Positions 18,810 to 29,837 of a stretch of DNA of 64,000 nt are shown in pieces. Each line of letters begins with the position of its first letter. Position 1 is the stretch's first letter. Origin of the DNA: Prochlorococcus sp. AG-402-C22. GTDB taxonomy: Bacteria; Cyanobacteriota; Cyanobacteriia; PCC-6307; Cyanobiaceae. Made by a program: the position numbers and the translations under genes. The DNA is taken from contig QCHO01000001.1 in the NCBI GenBank assembly GCA_003279535.1, forward strand, positions 26,375 to 90,374, in the 5' to 3' direction. Under the pieces are notes generated by a model. It had not been told where the DNA came from. It saw only the letters and a program-made list of their open reading frames with translations, and searched no databases.

Positions 18810-20156
18810 ATGGTTGAAAAAGTTTTAATTGCTAATCGTGGAGAAATAGCTTTACGAATTGTCAGAAGTTGTAGAGAATTAGGTATTGCAACAGTAGCAG
18901 TTTATAGCACAGTAGATAAAAAAGCATTACACGTCCAGCTTGCTGATGAAGCTGTGTGTGTTGGGGACTCGTTAAGTAATAAGAGTTATTTAAATATTCC
19001 AAATATACTTGCTGCTGCTACATCGAGAGGAGTTGATGCTATTCATCCTGGTTATGGATTTCTTGCTGAAAATGATAAATTTGCTGAGATGTGTAACGAT
19101 CATGGCATTATTTTTATTGGCCCATCTCCTAAAGCTATTAGATCTATGGGAGATAAATCTACCGCTAAAGAAACTATGGAAGCGGTAGGGGTCCCAACAG
19201 TACCTGGAAGTAAAGGCTTGTTATTAAATGTTGATGAGGCGTATAAATTGGCAGATGATATTGGCTATCCCGTAATTATCAAAGCGACTGCTGGAGGAGG
19301 TGGAAGAGGTATGAGGCTGGTTGAAAAAGCTGAGAATCTAGAAAAAATGTTTAAAGCAGCTCAAGGTGAAGCAGAAGCAGCTTTTGGTAATGATGGTCTA
19401 TATATGGAGAAATTTATAAAGAAGCCAAGACATGTAGAAATTCAAATTTTGGCTGATAGGTCGGGTAATGTTGTTCATTTAGGAGAGCGAGATTGTTCAG
19501 TTCAAAGAAGACATCAGAAGTTATTGGAAGAGTCTCCGAGTCCTGCGATTAATACTGAACTAAGAAAAAAAATGGGAAATGCAGCTATTGCTGCTGCAAA
19601 AAGTATTAGTTACGAAGGAGCTGGTACAGTTGAATTTTTAGTTGATGAGAATAATTTTTATTTCATGGAAATGAATACTAGGATTCAAGTTGAACATCCT
19701 GTCACAGAAATGGTTACAGGGGTTGACTTAATAGCTGAGCAAATTAAAATCGCAAGCGGTTCTAACTTGGAATTTAATCAAGATGATATTCATTTAAATG
19801 GACATGCCATTGAATGTAGAATCAACGCCGAAGATCCTTCTCATAATTTCCGGCCATCACCTGGAAAAATAACTGGTTGGCTTCCTCCTGGTGGTCCAGG
19901 AGTAAGAGTGGATAGTCATGTTTATACCGGTTACGAAATACCACCATTTTATGACTCTTTAATTGGGAAATTAATAGTCTGGGGAAAAGATCGTAATACT
20001 GCAATTAAACGTATGAATAGGGCTTTAAATGAATGTGCAGTAACTGGCATTCCTACTACAATTAATTTTCATTTAACCTTACTGAATAAAGCTAAATTTA
20101 AGGAAGGTAAAATACATACTAAATATGTTGAAGAAGAGTTATTACCAAATTACTGA
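18810..20156 (+). CDS. accC: Acetyl-CoA carboxylase biotin carboxylase
   Basis: [36 protein letters not shown]. Confidence 0.98.
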   Translation: MVEKVLIANRGEIALRIVRSCRELGIATVAVYSTVDKKALHVQLADEAVCVGDSLSNKSYLNIPNILAAATSRGVDAIHPGYGFLAENDKFAEMCNDHGIIFIGPSPKAIRSMGDKSTAKETMEAVGVPTVPGSKGLLLNVDEAYKLADDIGYPVIIKATAGGGGRGMRLVEKAENLEKMFKAAQGEAEAAFGNDGLYMEKFIKKPRHVEIQILADRSGNVVHLGERDCSVQRRHQKLLEESPSPAINTELRKKMGNAAIAAAKSISYEGAGTVEFLVDENNFYFMEMNTRIQVEHPVTEMVTGVDLIAEQIKIASGSNLEFNQDDIHLNGHAIECRINAEDPSHNFRPSPGKITGWLPPGGPGVRVDSHVYTGYEIPPFYDSLIGKLIVWGKDRNTAIKRMNRALNECAVTGIPTTINFHLTLLNKAKFKEGKIHTKYVEEELLPNY

Positions 20157-20174
20157 GGATTAATTGAAAAATAA

Positions 20175-20489
20175 CTACGTGATATGTGTGTGCAGTGCAA
20201 GTTTTATAAGCCCTTGTTGACCAACTAAAATTTCTCTTAAAAAACTTATAACTCCAATCCAAATTACGGGTCCTACATCAACTCCTCCTATAGGGGGAAT
20301 TAATTTTCTCGTTAAATTAAGGATAGAGCTTGAAGGTATTGAAATGAACAACCATAAACCTTTATTTAATTCAATTTTTGGATACCAAGTAAGAATTAAT
20401 CTTATTAAAAAAACTATAGTTAAATATGATAGAGAAATTCCTAAACAAACATCTAAAATTTGGAGAGGGTTTTCAAACAAGGAAATCAC
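20175..20489 (-). CDS. YggT/YlmG family membrane protein
   Basis: RLILTWYP...RKLIPPIGGVDVGP. Confidence 0.88.
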   Translation of the reverse strand: MISLFENPLQILDVCLGISLSYLTIVFLIRLILTWYPKIELNKGLWLFISIPSSSILNLTRKLIPPIGGVDVGPVIWIGVISFLREILVGQQGLIKLALHTHIT

Positions 20490-20570
20490 AATTATTTAAC
20501 TCATCTTAATAAATAACCCATTGAATCGTATTTAATTCGTATTATAAATTGAGAATTAAATATTTAAAAA

Positions 20571-20756
20571 GTGTTTCAAATCTCAAATTTATTACTAGCT
20601 GCAGAATTTTCTTCTGAAGTTGCAAATAATTCCGCAGTTGGAATGATAGGGAGTTTTATTGCAGCAGCTTTACTTATCGTTATTCCAGCTACTGCATTTT
20701 TAATTTTTGTTAGTCAAAAAGACTCTCTTGATCGTACTTCTACTGGTAGACGCTAG
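20571..20756 (+). CDS. psbX: Photosystem II PsbX (N-terminally extended)
   Basis: Single TM followed by [12 protein letters not shown], the PsbX C-terminal signature. Confidence 0.85.
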   Translation: MFQISNLLLAAEFSSEVANNSAVGMIGSFIAAALLIVIPATAFLIFVSQKDSLDRTSTGRR

Positions 20757-20836
20757 TTTTTGTAGAAGTTTTAAGTACACTATATACATAGGGTGATTTA
20801 TATCTCCCTTTAAATCATAAATTTTGGAGAAAGAAT

Positions 20837-21763
20837 GTGGTCAATGCTAGTCTCAATTGGGCCAGTATTGTTGGTATAGTTCTCGCGGTATGTGGAGGCG
20901 GCCTTTACTTTTTAAGGTCTTTTAAACCCGCATTAGCAAGAGATTATGATGTTTTCTTTGCCGCTATAGGACTTTTGTGCGGGGGAATATTATTTTTTCA
21001 AGGCTGGAGATTAGATCCTATCCTTCAGTTTGGTCAGTTTTTGTTGGCAGGAACTACAGTTTTTTTTGCATATGAAAGTGTTCGGTTGAGGGGAGTTGCT
21101 ACTGATCAAGCTAGAAGGTCATCTTATTTTGATGATGATTCTATTCCTGATGTGCCGAGAAATTCCAGGAGTCGATTTAATGAAGATTACGAAAGGTTTG
21201 AAGAATCGGAAAGAACGTCTAGAAGATTTAAACCTCAAGAAGATGAGTTTGAAGAAGACTATATGGAAGATAGATCTCGAAGAAGAAATGTTTCAAGAGC
21301 TATCCCTGCTTCTGCTGTAAGTAGAAGAAGGCCATCTTCAAGAGAAGTAAATCAGTTTGAAAATGATGAACCTATAAGAAGAAGGAAGACTTCTGAAGAC
21401 AGAGATAGTAAAGAATCAGTAAGAAATAATTTTGGTGAGAGACGAAACTCATCTCGCAATGAGGTTAAAACAGGGTCAAGACCCAGCATGAATCGGAGAG
21501 TATCTAGGCAAGACAACATTTCTTCTTCTGATGATCCCTCCCCGTTAAAAAAGAAATCTACAAGATCTCCTCTTAGGCAGCAAACTGCAAAAGAGCAAGT
21601 AGAGGATGCATCATTTAAAGATGCTAATGCAGTAAAAAAACCTCGTGAGAGTCGTAGAGTAAGCTCTTCAGCGAGAGCAAGCTCAAAAAATCAAAATAGC
21701 AGATATACAGTTGGAACAAACAAAAAGAAACCTAGAGATAACAGTTCTAGATTTGACGATTAA
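20837..21763 (+). CDS. ycf66: Ycf66 family protein with long R/S/E-rich disordered tail
   Basis: LARDYDVFF, GGILFFQGWRLDPILQFGQ. Confidence 0.92.
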   Translation: MVNASLNWASIVGIVLAVCGGGLYFLRSFKPALARDYDVFFAAIGLLCGGILFFQGWRLDPILQFGQFLLAGTTVFFAYESVRLRGVATDQARRSSYFDDDSIPDVPRNSRSRFNEDYERFEESERTSRRFKPQEDEFEEDYMEDRSRRRNVSRAIPASAVSRRRPSSREVNQFENDEPIRRRKTSEDRDSKESVRNNFGERRNSSRNEVKTGSRPSMNRRVSRQDNISSSDDPSPLKKKSTRSPLRQQTAKEQVEDASFKDANAVKKPRESRRVSSSARASSKNQNSRYTVGTNKKKPRDNSSRFDD

Positions 21764-21769
21764 TTTATA

Positions 21770-22045
21770 TTATGAGATGCCTGCCCATTTTAGAAATGGT
21801 TGCTGACTAAATAATTCAATTAGTATTATTGCTAGGAATCCTATCATTGCGAATCTTCCATTAGTTATTTCAGAATAACTACTCCATCCAAATTTATATT
21901 CATCTTCAATATGTATTGATTTTTCATCAGGTTTATTATCTCCAGTAAGTTTATTGATGTCATTTTCATCTTTCTGCTCTTTAGTAGAACTCTCAGTCTC
22001 TAAATTTGTGACTTTTGAGTTAGTTTGTTCTTCTTTAGAATTCAT
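21770..22045 (-). CDS. hli: High-light-inducible protein (HLIP) with charged N-terminal extension
   Basis: FGW...SEITNGRFAMIGF chlorophyll-binding motif. Confidence 0.9.
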   Translation of the reverse strand: MNSKEEQTNSKVTNLETESSTKEQKDENDINKLTGDNKPDEKSIHIEDEYKFGWSSYSEITNGRFAMIGFLAIILIELFSQQPFLKWAGIS

Positions 22046-22054
22046 TTTTTTTTG

Positions 22055-24037
22055 CTAATCCTTAAAATTATACTTATCAGAAGTCAATAATTTCCAGTCT
22101 CCTTGCCCATTTAATTCTAAAATATTTTCATGAAAATCTTTTAAGCTAGGCCTATGTCCAACACTAATAAGTGAAAGTTCTCGTTCCTTGAGTAAACCAT
22201 ATAGTTTTTTTTCAGTCTCAATATCTAATGCACTCGTTGCCTCATCAAGTACTGCAAATCTTGGAGAATTTAGTAAAAGTCTTGCAAAAGCTAATCTTTG
22301 TTGTTCGCCTAAAGAAAGAATTCTTGGCCAATCTTGTTTGATATCAAGATTAGGATAACGATCCACTAAGGTTTTTAAATTCACTTCATGAAGTACTGAA
22401 GTAAGATGTTCATCACTAAATTTCTTAACTTCTGTGGGATAACATAATTGTTCTCGTAAAGAACCAAGTAACATATAAGGTTTTTGAGGTATGAACAATA
22501 ATTCTCCAATTTTTGGTTTTTTTATTACTCCATTGTCGGGCTCCCATAAACCACTAATCATCCTTAGTAAAGATGTTTTTCCACATCCAGAAGGTCCTAC
22601 AACTAAAAGTGATTGATTATTGTCGATGCTTAAATTTAAATTTTTAATTATTGTTCTATTTGATCCTGGTGGGCAAAGGTCAGCATTATTAATGAGAATT
22701 GAAGGAAAATCTGAAATGATGTTTTGATTGCTTGTAGGATTACTTTGACTAATGGATTCGACTTTTGATTGGAATCCTTCTAATCTGCCGATCCCAGCAG
22801 TAAATTTTGCAAGCTCTTCTATTTGATTAACAATGAAAAATAGCGAACCTTCTACCATTCCAAATGCAAAGCTTGCTTGAATAAATCGTCCATAATCAAT
22901 ATCTCCTTTAAAGTAAGGGATTGCCATTATTAAGTATGGAAAGAAATTTCCAGCATAATTAATTGATCTTCTCATGACGTCAATTATTACTCTCCATATA
23001 ATCAGTAAATTAAAGTTTCTAACCACTTCTCCTAATCGTCTTTCTGTTTCACTTTGTTCAGGATTCTCCCCAGAGTAAAAGGCTATTGATTCAGCATTAT
23101 CTCTAATGTGTACTAAGCCATATCGAAAATCAGCTTCGTATCTAAGTTGATCAAAGTCTATCTTTACAAGATTTTTACCAGCAATTAAAAGGATAGAAGT
23201 TGCAAAAGTAGCGTAACCAAATAAAGAAAAAGTAAGTGTTGTACTGATACTCCATAAAATAAGAATATTAAGTGAAAATGTTAGTAGTGCATCAAAAATA
23301 CCTAACGTAAAAGACAGACTTTGCCCGGTAAAAGCTCGGGTATCATCTGTTATCCTTTGATCAGGATTATCTACATCAGTTTGTTCTTCATCATTGGGAT
23401 TTAGTTGGTAATAAGCTTTATTAGTCATATAATCTTTGACTAAACTTTTTGAAAGCCATTCTCTCCAAATTATTCCTAATTTATACGTAAAAAATATTTG
23501 TGAAACACGGATTGGTAGGGCTACAGCGAAACAACAAGCATAAATCCCTAATATCCGATAAAACCCATCTTCTTGTTTTCCTACCAAAGCATTTGTTAAA
23601 TCTCTTGCTATAAATCCTATTCCTGCGTTTATTCCGTTTACAGCTAAAAGCATTAATACAATTATTGCTAGGAATAACCAATGTAACCACCTACGGTTTT
23701 TCAATTGACGTCTTAAGCTAAAAAAACTTCCTGATCCAATTAAAAATAATGTAGAGAAAAGTAATCCCCAGCTACCACCCCAAATTAAATTGACAGTACT
23801 AACTACACCTCCGAAATACTTTTCAAGAAAAATTGGTTGAAAGCTTTCAAAAAAACTGATTATTCCTGTAAGACCAACAAGTACTACTCCACCAACACAA
23901 AATAAAAGAGAGATTAAAAGCCATATGAATTGAAATCCATTACATTGATCTATTGGGAGAAAAAATGGCTGTGATAACTTCCTTAATTTTTGTAATTGAT
24001 ACAGTATTTTGGATTTATTTTTAACGGCTTTATTCAT
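22055..24037 (-). CDS. ABCD/YddA-like fused ABC transporter (permease plus ATPase)
   Basis: DNPDQRI, EADFR, NAESIAFY, GPSGCGKTS, LSLGEQQR, LDEATSALD. Confidence 0.92.
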   Translation of the reverse strand: MNKAVKNKSKILYQLQKLRKLSQPFFLPIDQCNGFQFIWLLISLLFCVGGVVLVGLTGIISFFESFQPIFLEKYFGGVVSTVNLIWGGSWGLLFSTLFLIGSGSFFSLRRQLKNRRWLHWLFLAIIVLMLLAVNGINAGIGFIARDLTNALVGKQEDGFYRILGIYACCFAVALPIRVSQIFFTYKLGIIWREWLSKSLVKDYMTNKAYYQLNPNDEEQTDVDNPDQRITDDTRAFTGQSLSFTLGIFDALLTFSLNILILWSISTTLTFSLFGYATFATSILLIAGKNLVKIDFDQLRYEADFRYGLVHIRDNAESIAFYSGENPEQSETERRLGEVVRNFNLLIIWRVIIDVMRRSINYAGNFFPYLIMAIPYFKGDIDYGRFIQASFAFGMVEGSLFFIVNQIEELAKFTAGIGRLEGFQSKVESISQSNPTSNQNIISDFPSILINNADLCPPGSNRTIIKNLNLSIDNNQSLLVVGPSGCGKTSLLRMISGLWEPDNGVIKKPKIGELLFIPQKPYMLLGSLREQLCYPTEVKKFSDEHLTSVLHEVNLKTLVDRYPNLDIKQDWPRILSLGEQQRLAFARLLLNSPRFAVLDEATSALDIETEKKLYGLLKERELSLISVGHRPSLKDFHENILELNGQGDWKLLTSDKYNFKD

Positions 24038-24079
24038 TACTCGACAAGTTTTATAATATAAATTATATCTTTTAGAAGT

Positions 24080-24358
24080 CTATTGACCAAAGCCAATAAA
24101 TGAAAGTGCCCAGTCAGGTAAATTTAAGTAATTCAAGATTGTGGCATCAAACTCATGAACTTTTGGAAAAGATTTATCTAATGCCCACCATAGAAGAAAA
24201 GGTAAGTTAAATAAAATTTGTAATTGCCATTTATAAGTTAAAACTTTCCAGATTTTAGTGAGTAAAGATTTATTTGATTCATCTAGATTCTCCCAATTTT
24301 TTGAGATTATGTTTAATAAATTTTTGGATTCTGTATTTATGGAATCTGGTGTATTCAT
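24080..24358 (-). CDS. Hypothetical membrane-associated protein
   Basis: 92-aa ORF in an operon-like run; Trp-rich hydrophobic segment. Confidence 0.65.
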   Translation of the reverse strand: MNTPDSINTESKNLLNIISKNWENLDESNKSLLTKIWKVLTYKWQLQILFNLPFLLWWALDKSFPKVHEFDATILNYLNLPDWALSFIGFGQ

Positions 24359-24405
24359 TTTGCTTTTTATTTATTTATAACCCATAAACATTTCTTTCGA
24401 GAGTT

Positions 24406-24747
24406 TTAACCTGGAGGCCAATTCATTTTTCTTCCAGATAAAAAATGAATATGTAAATGAAAAACTGTTTGTCCTGATTCTGCTCCAGTATTAATTACAG
24501 TTCTCCAATTAGTTAAATTTTTTGATTTAGCTATTTTGCTACCCACAAAGAGTAAATGCCCCAACAAATTTGCATCTTCTTTAATACACTCTAATAAACT
24601 GATAATTGGCTTTTTCGGAATCACTAAAAAATGTACTGGAGCTTGCGCCTGAATATCATTAAAAGCAATACAAAACTCGTCTTCATAAAGCTTATCACAG
24701 GGAATTTCTTCATTAATTATTTTTTGAAATATTGTAGTTTCAGTCAT
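24406..24747 (-). CDS. HIT family nucleotide-binding protein (HinT-like)
   Basis: TIFQKII, GQTVFHLHIH, WPPG. Confidence 0.95.
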   Translation of the reverse strand: MTETTIFQKIINEEIPCDKLYEDEFCIAFNDIQAQAPVHFLVIPKKPIISLLECIKEDANLLGHLLFVGSKIAKSKNLTNWRTVINTGAESGQTVFHLHIHFLSGRKMNWPPG

Positions 24748-24751
24748 TAAA

Positions 24752-25357
24752 TTAATTAATAGAAATAACGTCTTTTTCTTTAAACCCCTCTTTTAAAAGT
24801 TCTTTGTTTAAATCCTCTTTTGATGTAACTCTATCAACAAATAATATTCCATTTAAGTGATCCATTTCGTGTTGAATACACCTTGCTAGAAGTCCATCTG
24901 CTTTCATTTTACGTGGCCTACCCATTTCATCTCTAAATTTTAATTTTATAGTTGATGGTCTCACTACATTCAAATAGACACCAGGTATGCTCAAGCAGCC
25001 TTCTTCATATGAATTAAGGGTTGTTCCGTAGTCTGTAATTTCTGGATTGATTAATATTAAAGGTTCTGCTGCTGAATCTTCAAAATTTATATCTATGACA
25101 AGAAGCTCTTTGTTAATTCCAATTTGAGGTGCAGCAAGTCCAATTCCTTTAGCCGCATACATGCTTTGAAGCATTTCTCTAGCAAGTTTTCTAGTTGATT
25201 CATCAACCTTAGTTATTCTTTTAGAATTTTGTCTTAATACATCATCGCCGAGTTTATAAATGTTTAGGGATGGATTACCTGTTTGTTCTTTTGCAATTTT
25301 TTGCGAGTCCCCATTTGTTCTTGACTTTTTTGCAAGTTGTGAAAAATGGTTTGCCAC
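24752..25357 (-). CDS. def: Peptide deformylase
   Basis: GIGLAAPQ, EGCLS, QHEMDH. Confidence 0.97.
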   Translation of the reverse strand: MANHFSQLAKKSRTNGDSQKIAKEQTGNPSLNIYKLGDDVLRQNSKRITKVDESTRKLAREMLQSMYAAKGIGLAAPQIGINKELLVIDINFEDSAAEPLILINPEITDYGTTLNSYEEGCLSIPGVYLNVVRPSTIKLKFRDEMGRPRKMKADGLLARCIQHEMDHLNGILFVDRVTSKEDLNKELLKEGFKEKDVISIN

Positions 25358-25434
25358 GTTAAAAAAAGTTTTTAGTAAAGAGTTTAGCTATAAAAATACT
25401 AGCACTTTAATTTACTTTCTTTATAGTTTTTTAT

Positions 25435-27360
25435 ATGAGTAATGATGATAAGTTAAAAGTTAGGAAAAATGTTTCTAAAAATAAGGCTTATAAGGAATTA
25501 ACAATTATTAGGGATACCATTTTTTGGATTGATGTTGTTGCTGAAGGTCAAAATGAAAATGCCATTTATGCAAGACCATTTAATTTCAAAGATGCATTGC
25601 CTCAAAAATTAACAAGTAAAAAATATAAAATTAAAAATAATTTTCACGGATATGGTGGTAAATCTTTTAGATGTATATATTTTAAAAATAATTTTTATTT
25701 GATTTGGATTGATCAGTTGACAAAGGCAGTATGGTTTCAAATTTTTAAAGAAGTAGCATCAAATGATAGAGGTCAAAATAAGTATCTTGATTCAGTTCAA
25801 GAACCTAGACAACTATCTAAATCAATTGAGGGAAATTTCGATTCTTCATTTGTTATTTCTGAAAATTTTTTTTTGTATGGTATTTGTGAAATAAATAATA
25901 GAGATTATTTATTTTCTTTAAACCTAAAAAAAACTAAACAAGATATTCATCGAATAAAAAAATTTAAAAATTTCGCTGGAGAATTATCTTCTAATACTTC
26001 TGCTAATTTACTTTCTTGGATCGAGTGGGATTCTCCATACATGCCATGGGAGAAAAATGATCTATTTTTTGCTCAAACAAACTTAGATGGAGAGATAAAA
26101 AAATTAAAAAAATTCTCAAATAAGCTTATCAATACCAAAAAAAACGTTTCTTTTTTTCAACCCTATTGGATAAGTGAAACACTTTTAGTATGCTCTGAAG
26201 ATGGTTCTGGATGGTGGAACTTATTGTTTTTAGATGTTAGTGAAATCGAGAATATTTTTATTAAGAAAAGAGTACAGAGAAATTTGATTGAATATGGTGT
26301 ACCACAATGGGTCTCGGGAATAACATTCTTTTCGGGGGATAAAGAAAATTTATTTTGTTTAGCAAAAAAAGAAAATACTTTAATACTGGAACAATATAAA
26401 GATCTTGTATTAGTAAAAGAATTTTCTACTCCTTTTACCTCAATAAGTGATTTCAGTGTTTTTCAGAATAAAGTTCTTTTAAAAGGATATGGATCTGATT
26501 TTTTGGGAATTGTGGTTGAAATTGATTGTGCAAAAAAAGTTTTATCAAATTTATCTGAGCAGATATTTATTGAACATATAAAAGATTCTTCCAAACCTGA
26601 GACATTTTGGTTTAAAGGTTTTGAAGATCAAATTACTCATTCTTTTCTTTATAGACCGCTTGTTGATAATTTCAGAAAGCCACCACTTCTTGTTAGAGCA
26701 CATAGCGGACCAACTTCATTTTTTGATGGATCTTATAATTCTGAAGTTCAATATTGGTCGTCGAAGGGATTTTTTGTCGCTGAAGTAAATTATGGAGGAT
26801 CATCAGGATTTGGTAAGGCATATAGAGATAGATTGAACCATAAATGGGGCATTGTTGATTCTTATGATTGCAAAGCACTAGCACTTGAATTAATCAAATC
26901 AGATTTAGTTGATAGTGAGAAAGTGGTGATTTTTGGTAATAGTGCTGGTGGGTTAACTGCCCTGAATTGTTTATTATATGGTTCTATATTTAGAGCTGCA
27001 ATTTGTAAGTATCCTGTTATTGATTTGAAGGATATGCATTACAAAACGCATAGGTTTGAAAAAGATTATTTAAATTCTTTGGTAGGAAATTATAAAAAAA
27101 ATCATGATGATTATATAAATAGATCGCCAATAAATCACATTAACAAAATAAAGAAACCTATTTTATTGTTTCATGGAAAAAAAGATACAGTTATTTCGTA
27201 TAAACAAACTTTAAAAATTCAAGAAATTTTGATTCAGAATAATAAATATTCAGAAGTTATGTTTTTTGAAAATGAAGGGCATGGGTTTAAAAATATTGAA
27301 AATAAAGAGGTAGTAATACAAAAATCTAAGGAATTTTTAAAAAATGCTTTGAATATTTAA
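25435..27360 (+). CDS. S9 (prolyl oligopeptidase/acylaminoacyl peptidase) family serine peptidase
   Basis: HSGPT, GNSAGG nucleophile, HGKKD, EGHGF. Confidence 0.9.
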   Translation: MSNDDKLKVRKNVSKNKAYKELTIIRDTIFWIDVVAEGQNENAIYARPFNFKDALPQKLTSKKYKIKNNFHGYGGKSFRCIYFKNNFYLIWIDQLTKAVWFQIFKEVASNDRGQNKYLDSVQEPRQLSKSIEGNFDSSFVISENFFLYGICEINNRDYLFSLNLKKTKQDIHRIKKFKNFAGELSSNTSANLLSWIEWDSPYMPWEKNDLFFAQTNLDGEIKKLKKFSNKLINTKKNVSFFQPYWISETLLVCSEDGSGWWNLLFLDVSEIENIFIKKRVQRNLIEYGVPQWVSGITFFSGDKENLFCLAKKENTLILEQYKDLVLVKEFSTPFTSISDFSVFQNKVLLKGYGSDFLGIVVEIDCAKKVLSNLSEQIFIEHIKDSSKPETFWFKGFEDQITHSFLYRPLVDNFRKPPLLVRAHSGPTSFFDGSYNSEVQYWSSKGFFVAEVNYGGSSGFGKAYRDRLNHKWGIVDSYDCKALALELIKSDLVDSEKVVIFGNSAGGLTALNCLLYGSIFRAAICKYPVIDLKDMHYKTHRFEKDYLNSLVGNYKKNHDDYINRSPINHINKIKKPILLFHGKKDTVISYKQTLKIQEILIQNNKYSEVMFFENEGHGFKNIENKEVVIQKSKEFLKNALNI

Positions 27361-28610
27361 GAATTGATTTTTAGAAAATCAATAGTTTCTTTTAATTTTT
27401 CTATAAAGATATCAATTTCTTCCTTATTTGTTGTGAAATTCATGCTAATTCTAGCCGTTGATTTAATTCCGAAATATCTGTGAAGAGGTTGGCAGCAATG
27501 ATGCCCACTTCGGATGCAAATTCCTTTTGAATCAAGAATTTCAGCAATATCGTTTGAATGTATATTTTTTATATAAAAGGTGGCAAGTGCTGCTCTGTCT
27601 GGATCTATATCCGGCGATGGACCTATTACTTCAACATTTTCTATTTGATTTAATTTTTCAAATAAATATTTAGTAATAGTTTTTTCATATTCATGAATTT
27701 CATTCAATCCAATAGTGTTTATATAATTAATTGCTTCTGCTAGACCTATTGCTTCTGCAATGGCTGGAGTTCCAGCTTCAAATTTATGTGGTAGCTCTGC
27801 CCAAGTACTTGTCTGTTCAAAAACATCTTGAATCATTTCGCCACCTCCAAATAGGGGAGGAATTTTTTCTAGGATTTCTCTTCTTGACCAGAGGAAACCA
27901 ATGCCTGTAGGACCGCAAAGTTTATGTCCTGATCCCGCTAAAAAATCTATATCAAGATCACTTACATTCAGTTTTTGATGCGCCAAACTTTGACATGCGT
28001 CTATTAATACTAAAGATCCTTTTTGTTTAGCTAATTTTGTTATCTCTTTGATTGGATTACAGCAACCTAGTGTATTACTAACATGTACGAGGCTAACAAG
28101 CTTAGTTCTAGATGTTAGTTTTGATTTAAAATCGTCTATATCTAATTTCCCATCTTTATCTATACCTATAAATTTTAATTTGCATTTATTTTTTGCTGCA
28201 ACCATTTGCCATGGAACAATATTGCTATGATGCTCCATTATTGATAAGAGAATTTCATCGTTTTCTCTTAATGAAGATTCTCCCCATGATTTAGCCGCTA
28301 GATTGATTGCTTCAGTAGCATTTCTTGTAAAAATAATTTCCTTTGCTGAATTCGCTTTTATATATTTGCTAATTAAATATCTTGCATTTTCAAATTCTTC
28401 TGTTGCTTTAGCACTTAATTGATGCGCTCCTCTATGTACATTGGCATTAAAGTTTCTATAATATTCATCAATTTTTTTTAAGACTTGTATTGGTTTTTGA
28501 GTGGTTGCAGCATGGTCTAAATAAATGATTTGCTCATTAATTTTTGAGTTCTTATTTAAAAGAGGAAAGTCTTTCTTAGTTATTTCAGGAAAATTTTGAA
28601 TCGTTTCCAT
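27357..28610 (-). CDS. sufS: Cysteine desulfurase
   Basis: YLDHAAT, EHHSN, SGHK, RSGHHC. Confidence 0.96.
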   Translation of the reverse strand: METIQNFPEITKKDFPLLNKNSKINEQIIYLDHAATTQKPIQVLKKIDEYYRNFNANVHRGAHQLSAKATEEFENARYLISKYIKANSAKEIIFTRNATEAINLAAKSWGESSLRENDEILLSIMEHHSNIVPWQMVAAKNKCKLKFIGIDKDGKLDIDDFKSKLTSRTKLVSLVHVSNTLGCCNPIKEITKLAKQKGSLVLIDACQSLAHQKLNVSDLDIDFLAGSGHKLCGPTGIGFLWSRREILEKIPPLFGGGEMIQDVFEQTSTWAELPHKFEAGTPAIAEAIGLAEAINYINTIGLNEIHEYEKTITKYLFEKLNQIENVEVIGPSPDIDPDRAALATFYIKNIHSNDIAEILDSKGICIRSGHHCCQPLHRYFGIKSTARISMNFTTNKEEIDIFIEKLKETIDFLKINS

Positions 28611-29827
28611 TAATTCTCATTTAAAAGTTTATCAAGCAAATCCCATCTATCTTTTGAAACGGGAATAAATGAAATTATTTCTTGAAAGTAAGAACTTAAT
28701 TGTAGTTTACTTGCCTCTGGTAATGTGATTCCTCTTGTTCGCATATAAAAAAGTTCTTCTTCATTAAGTTGCGAAATTGTTGCTCCATGTTTGCATTTGA
28801 CATCATCAGCAATTATTTCTAATTGAGGTTTGGTATCTATTTGTGCGAGATTTGATAAAAGTAAATTTCTACTTAATTGGGAAGCATCAGTTTTCTGGGC
28901 AATTTTGGGTACTATTATTGAACCTTCAAATATTGCATGTGATTTATCGTCAGCAAGTGATTTGTTGATTTGATTTAGAAATCCATTTGGGCCATTAAAA
29001 TCCATCTTGGTATAAGTAGAAATTTGTTCATCTTTTTTTGTTATTTGCATACCTTTGATATTGGTTTTAGCGTTTCCAGCAGATTGTCTAATACGAATTT
29101 CAAATCTTGCATAATTAAATTTGAAATGTAAAGATCCTAGGTTATATTCGCTATTTTTATGTTGCATTACATTGAGAGAATTTAATAGATTAGATCTTAT
29201 TTCACCGTAAGAAACAACACCATGATTTATGGAACTATTTTCTTCTAAACAAAGGAACGTTGATTGCGATAATGAAGAGTTTTCTTTACCAAGATTTACT
29301 TGAAGTAATTCAATATCACAATCTTTTTCTAAAAATATTACGAGGGTCTTTGTGTTTAAAGAATTACTTGATGCATGGCTAAAGATTTCAATAGGAGGGA
29401 TTTTTGATCCATTTATTTTTAATCCCAAGATATTCTTTGTACAATTTAGAGACAGATTTAGTAGGTCACTCCAATTTTCGTTTTGATCAAAAAAAGATAT
29501 TTGTTCCTTGATATATTTATTTAATTCATTCTCACTTAATTGCTGTATTGAATAATTTTCCTCTGTTAATTTAATTTGGCAATTCTCACCAATTATTAAT
29601 CTAATAGTACTTTGAGGATTTTTCGGATACGGTATATCCAATTTTGGATTTTCTTTATTAAGCGAGTGGTCTAAAAAGTTTGAAAATTTTGATTTATTTG
29701 AAAGTCTCCATAGTTCACTTTTTGGATTAGGGAGGGGATTTGATTGTAATTTATGAAGACAGATTTTTTGTATTTCTGTTGGATTATCAATTAATTTATT
29801 GTTTTTTAATTCTTCAATAATTTTCAT
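28610..29827 (-). CDS. sufD: Fe-S assembly protein SufD
   Basis: ELWR, TKPQLEIIADDVKCKHGAT, FYMRTRG; position in the suf operon. Confidence 0.93.
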   Translation of the reverse strand: MKIIEELKNNKLIDNPTEIQKICLHKLQSNPLPNPKSELWRLSNKSKFSNFLDHSLNKENPKLDIPYPKNPQSTIRLIIGENCQIKLTEENYSIQQLSENELNKYIKEQISFFDQNENWSDLLNLSLNCTKNILGLKINGSKIPPIEIFSHASSNSLNTKTLVIFLEKDCDIELLQVNLGKENSSLSQSTFLCLEENSSINHGVVSYGEIRSNLLNSLNVMQHKNSEYNLGSLHFKFNYARFEIRIRQSAGNAKTNIKGMQITKKDEQISTYTKMDFNGPNGFLNQINKSLADDKSHAIFEGSIIVPKIAQKTDASQLSRNLLLSNLAQIDTKPQLEIIADDVKCKHGATISQLNEEELFYMRTRGITLPEASKLQLSSYFQEIISFIPVSKDRWDLLDKLLNEN

Positions 29828-29837
29828 TTATTTAAAT

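Noticed and set aside
23495-23510. GTGAAACA as a parS site for the ParA
   Set aside because: Only a half-site inside a coding region; the palindromic other half is absent.
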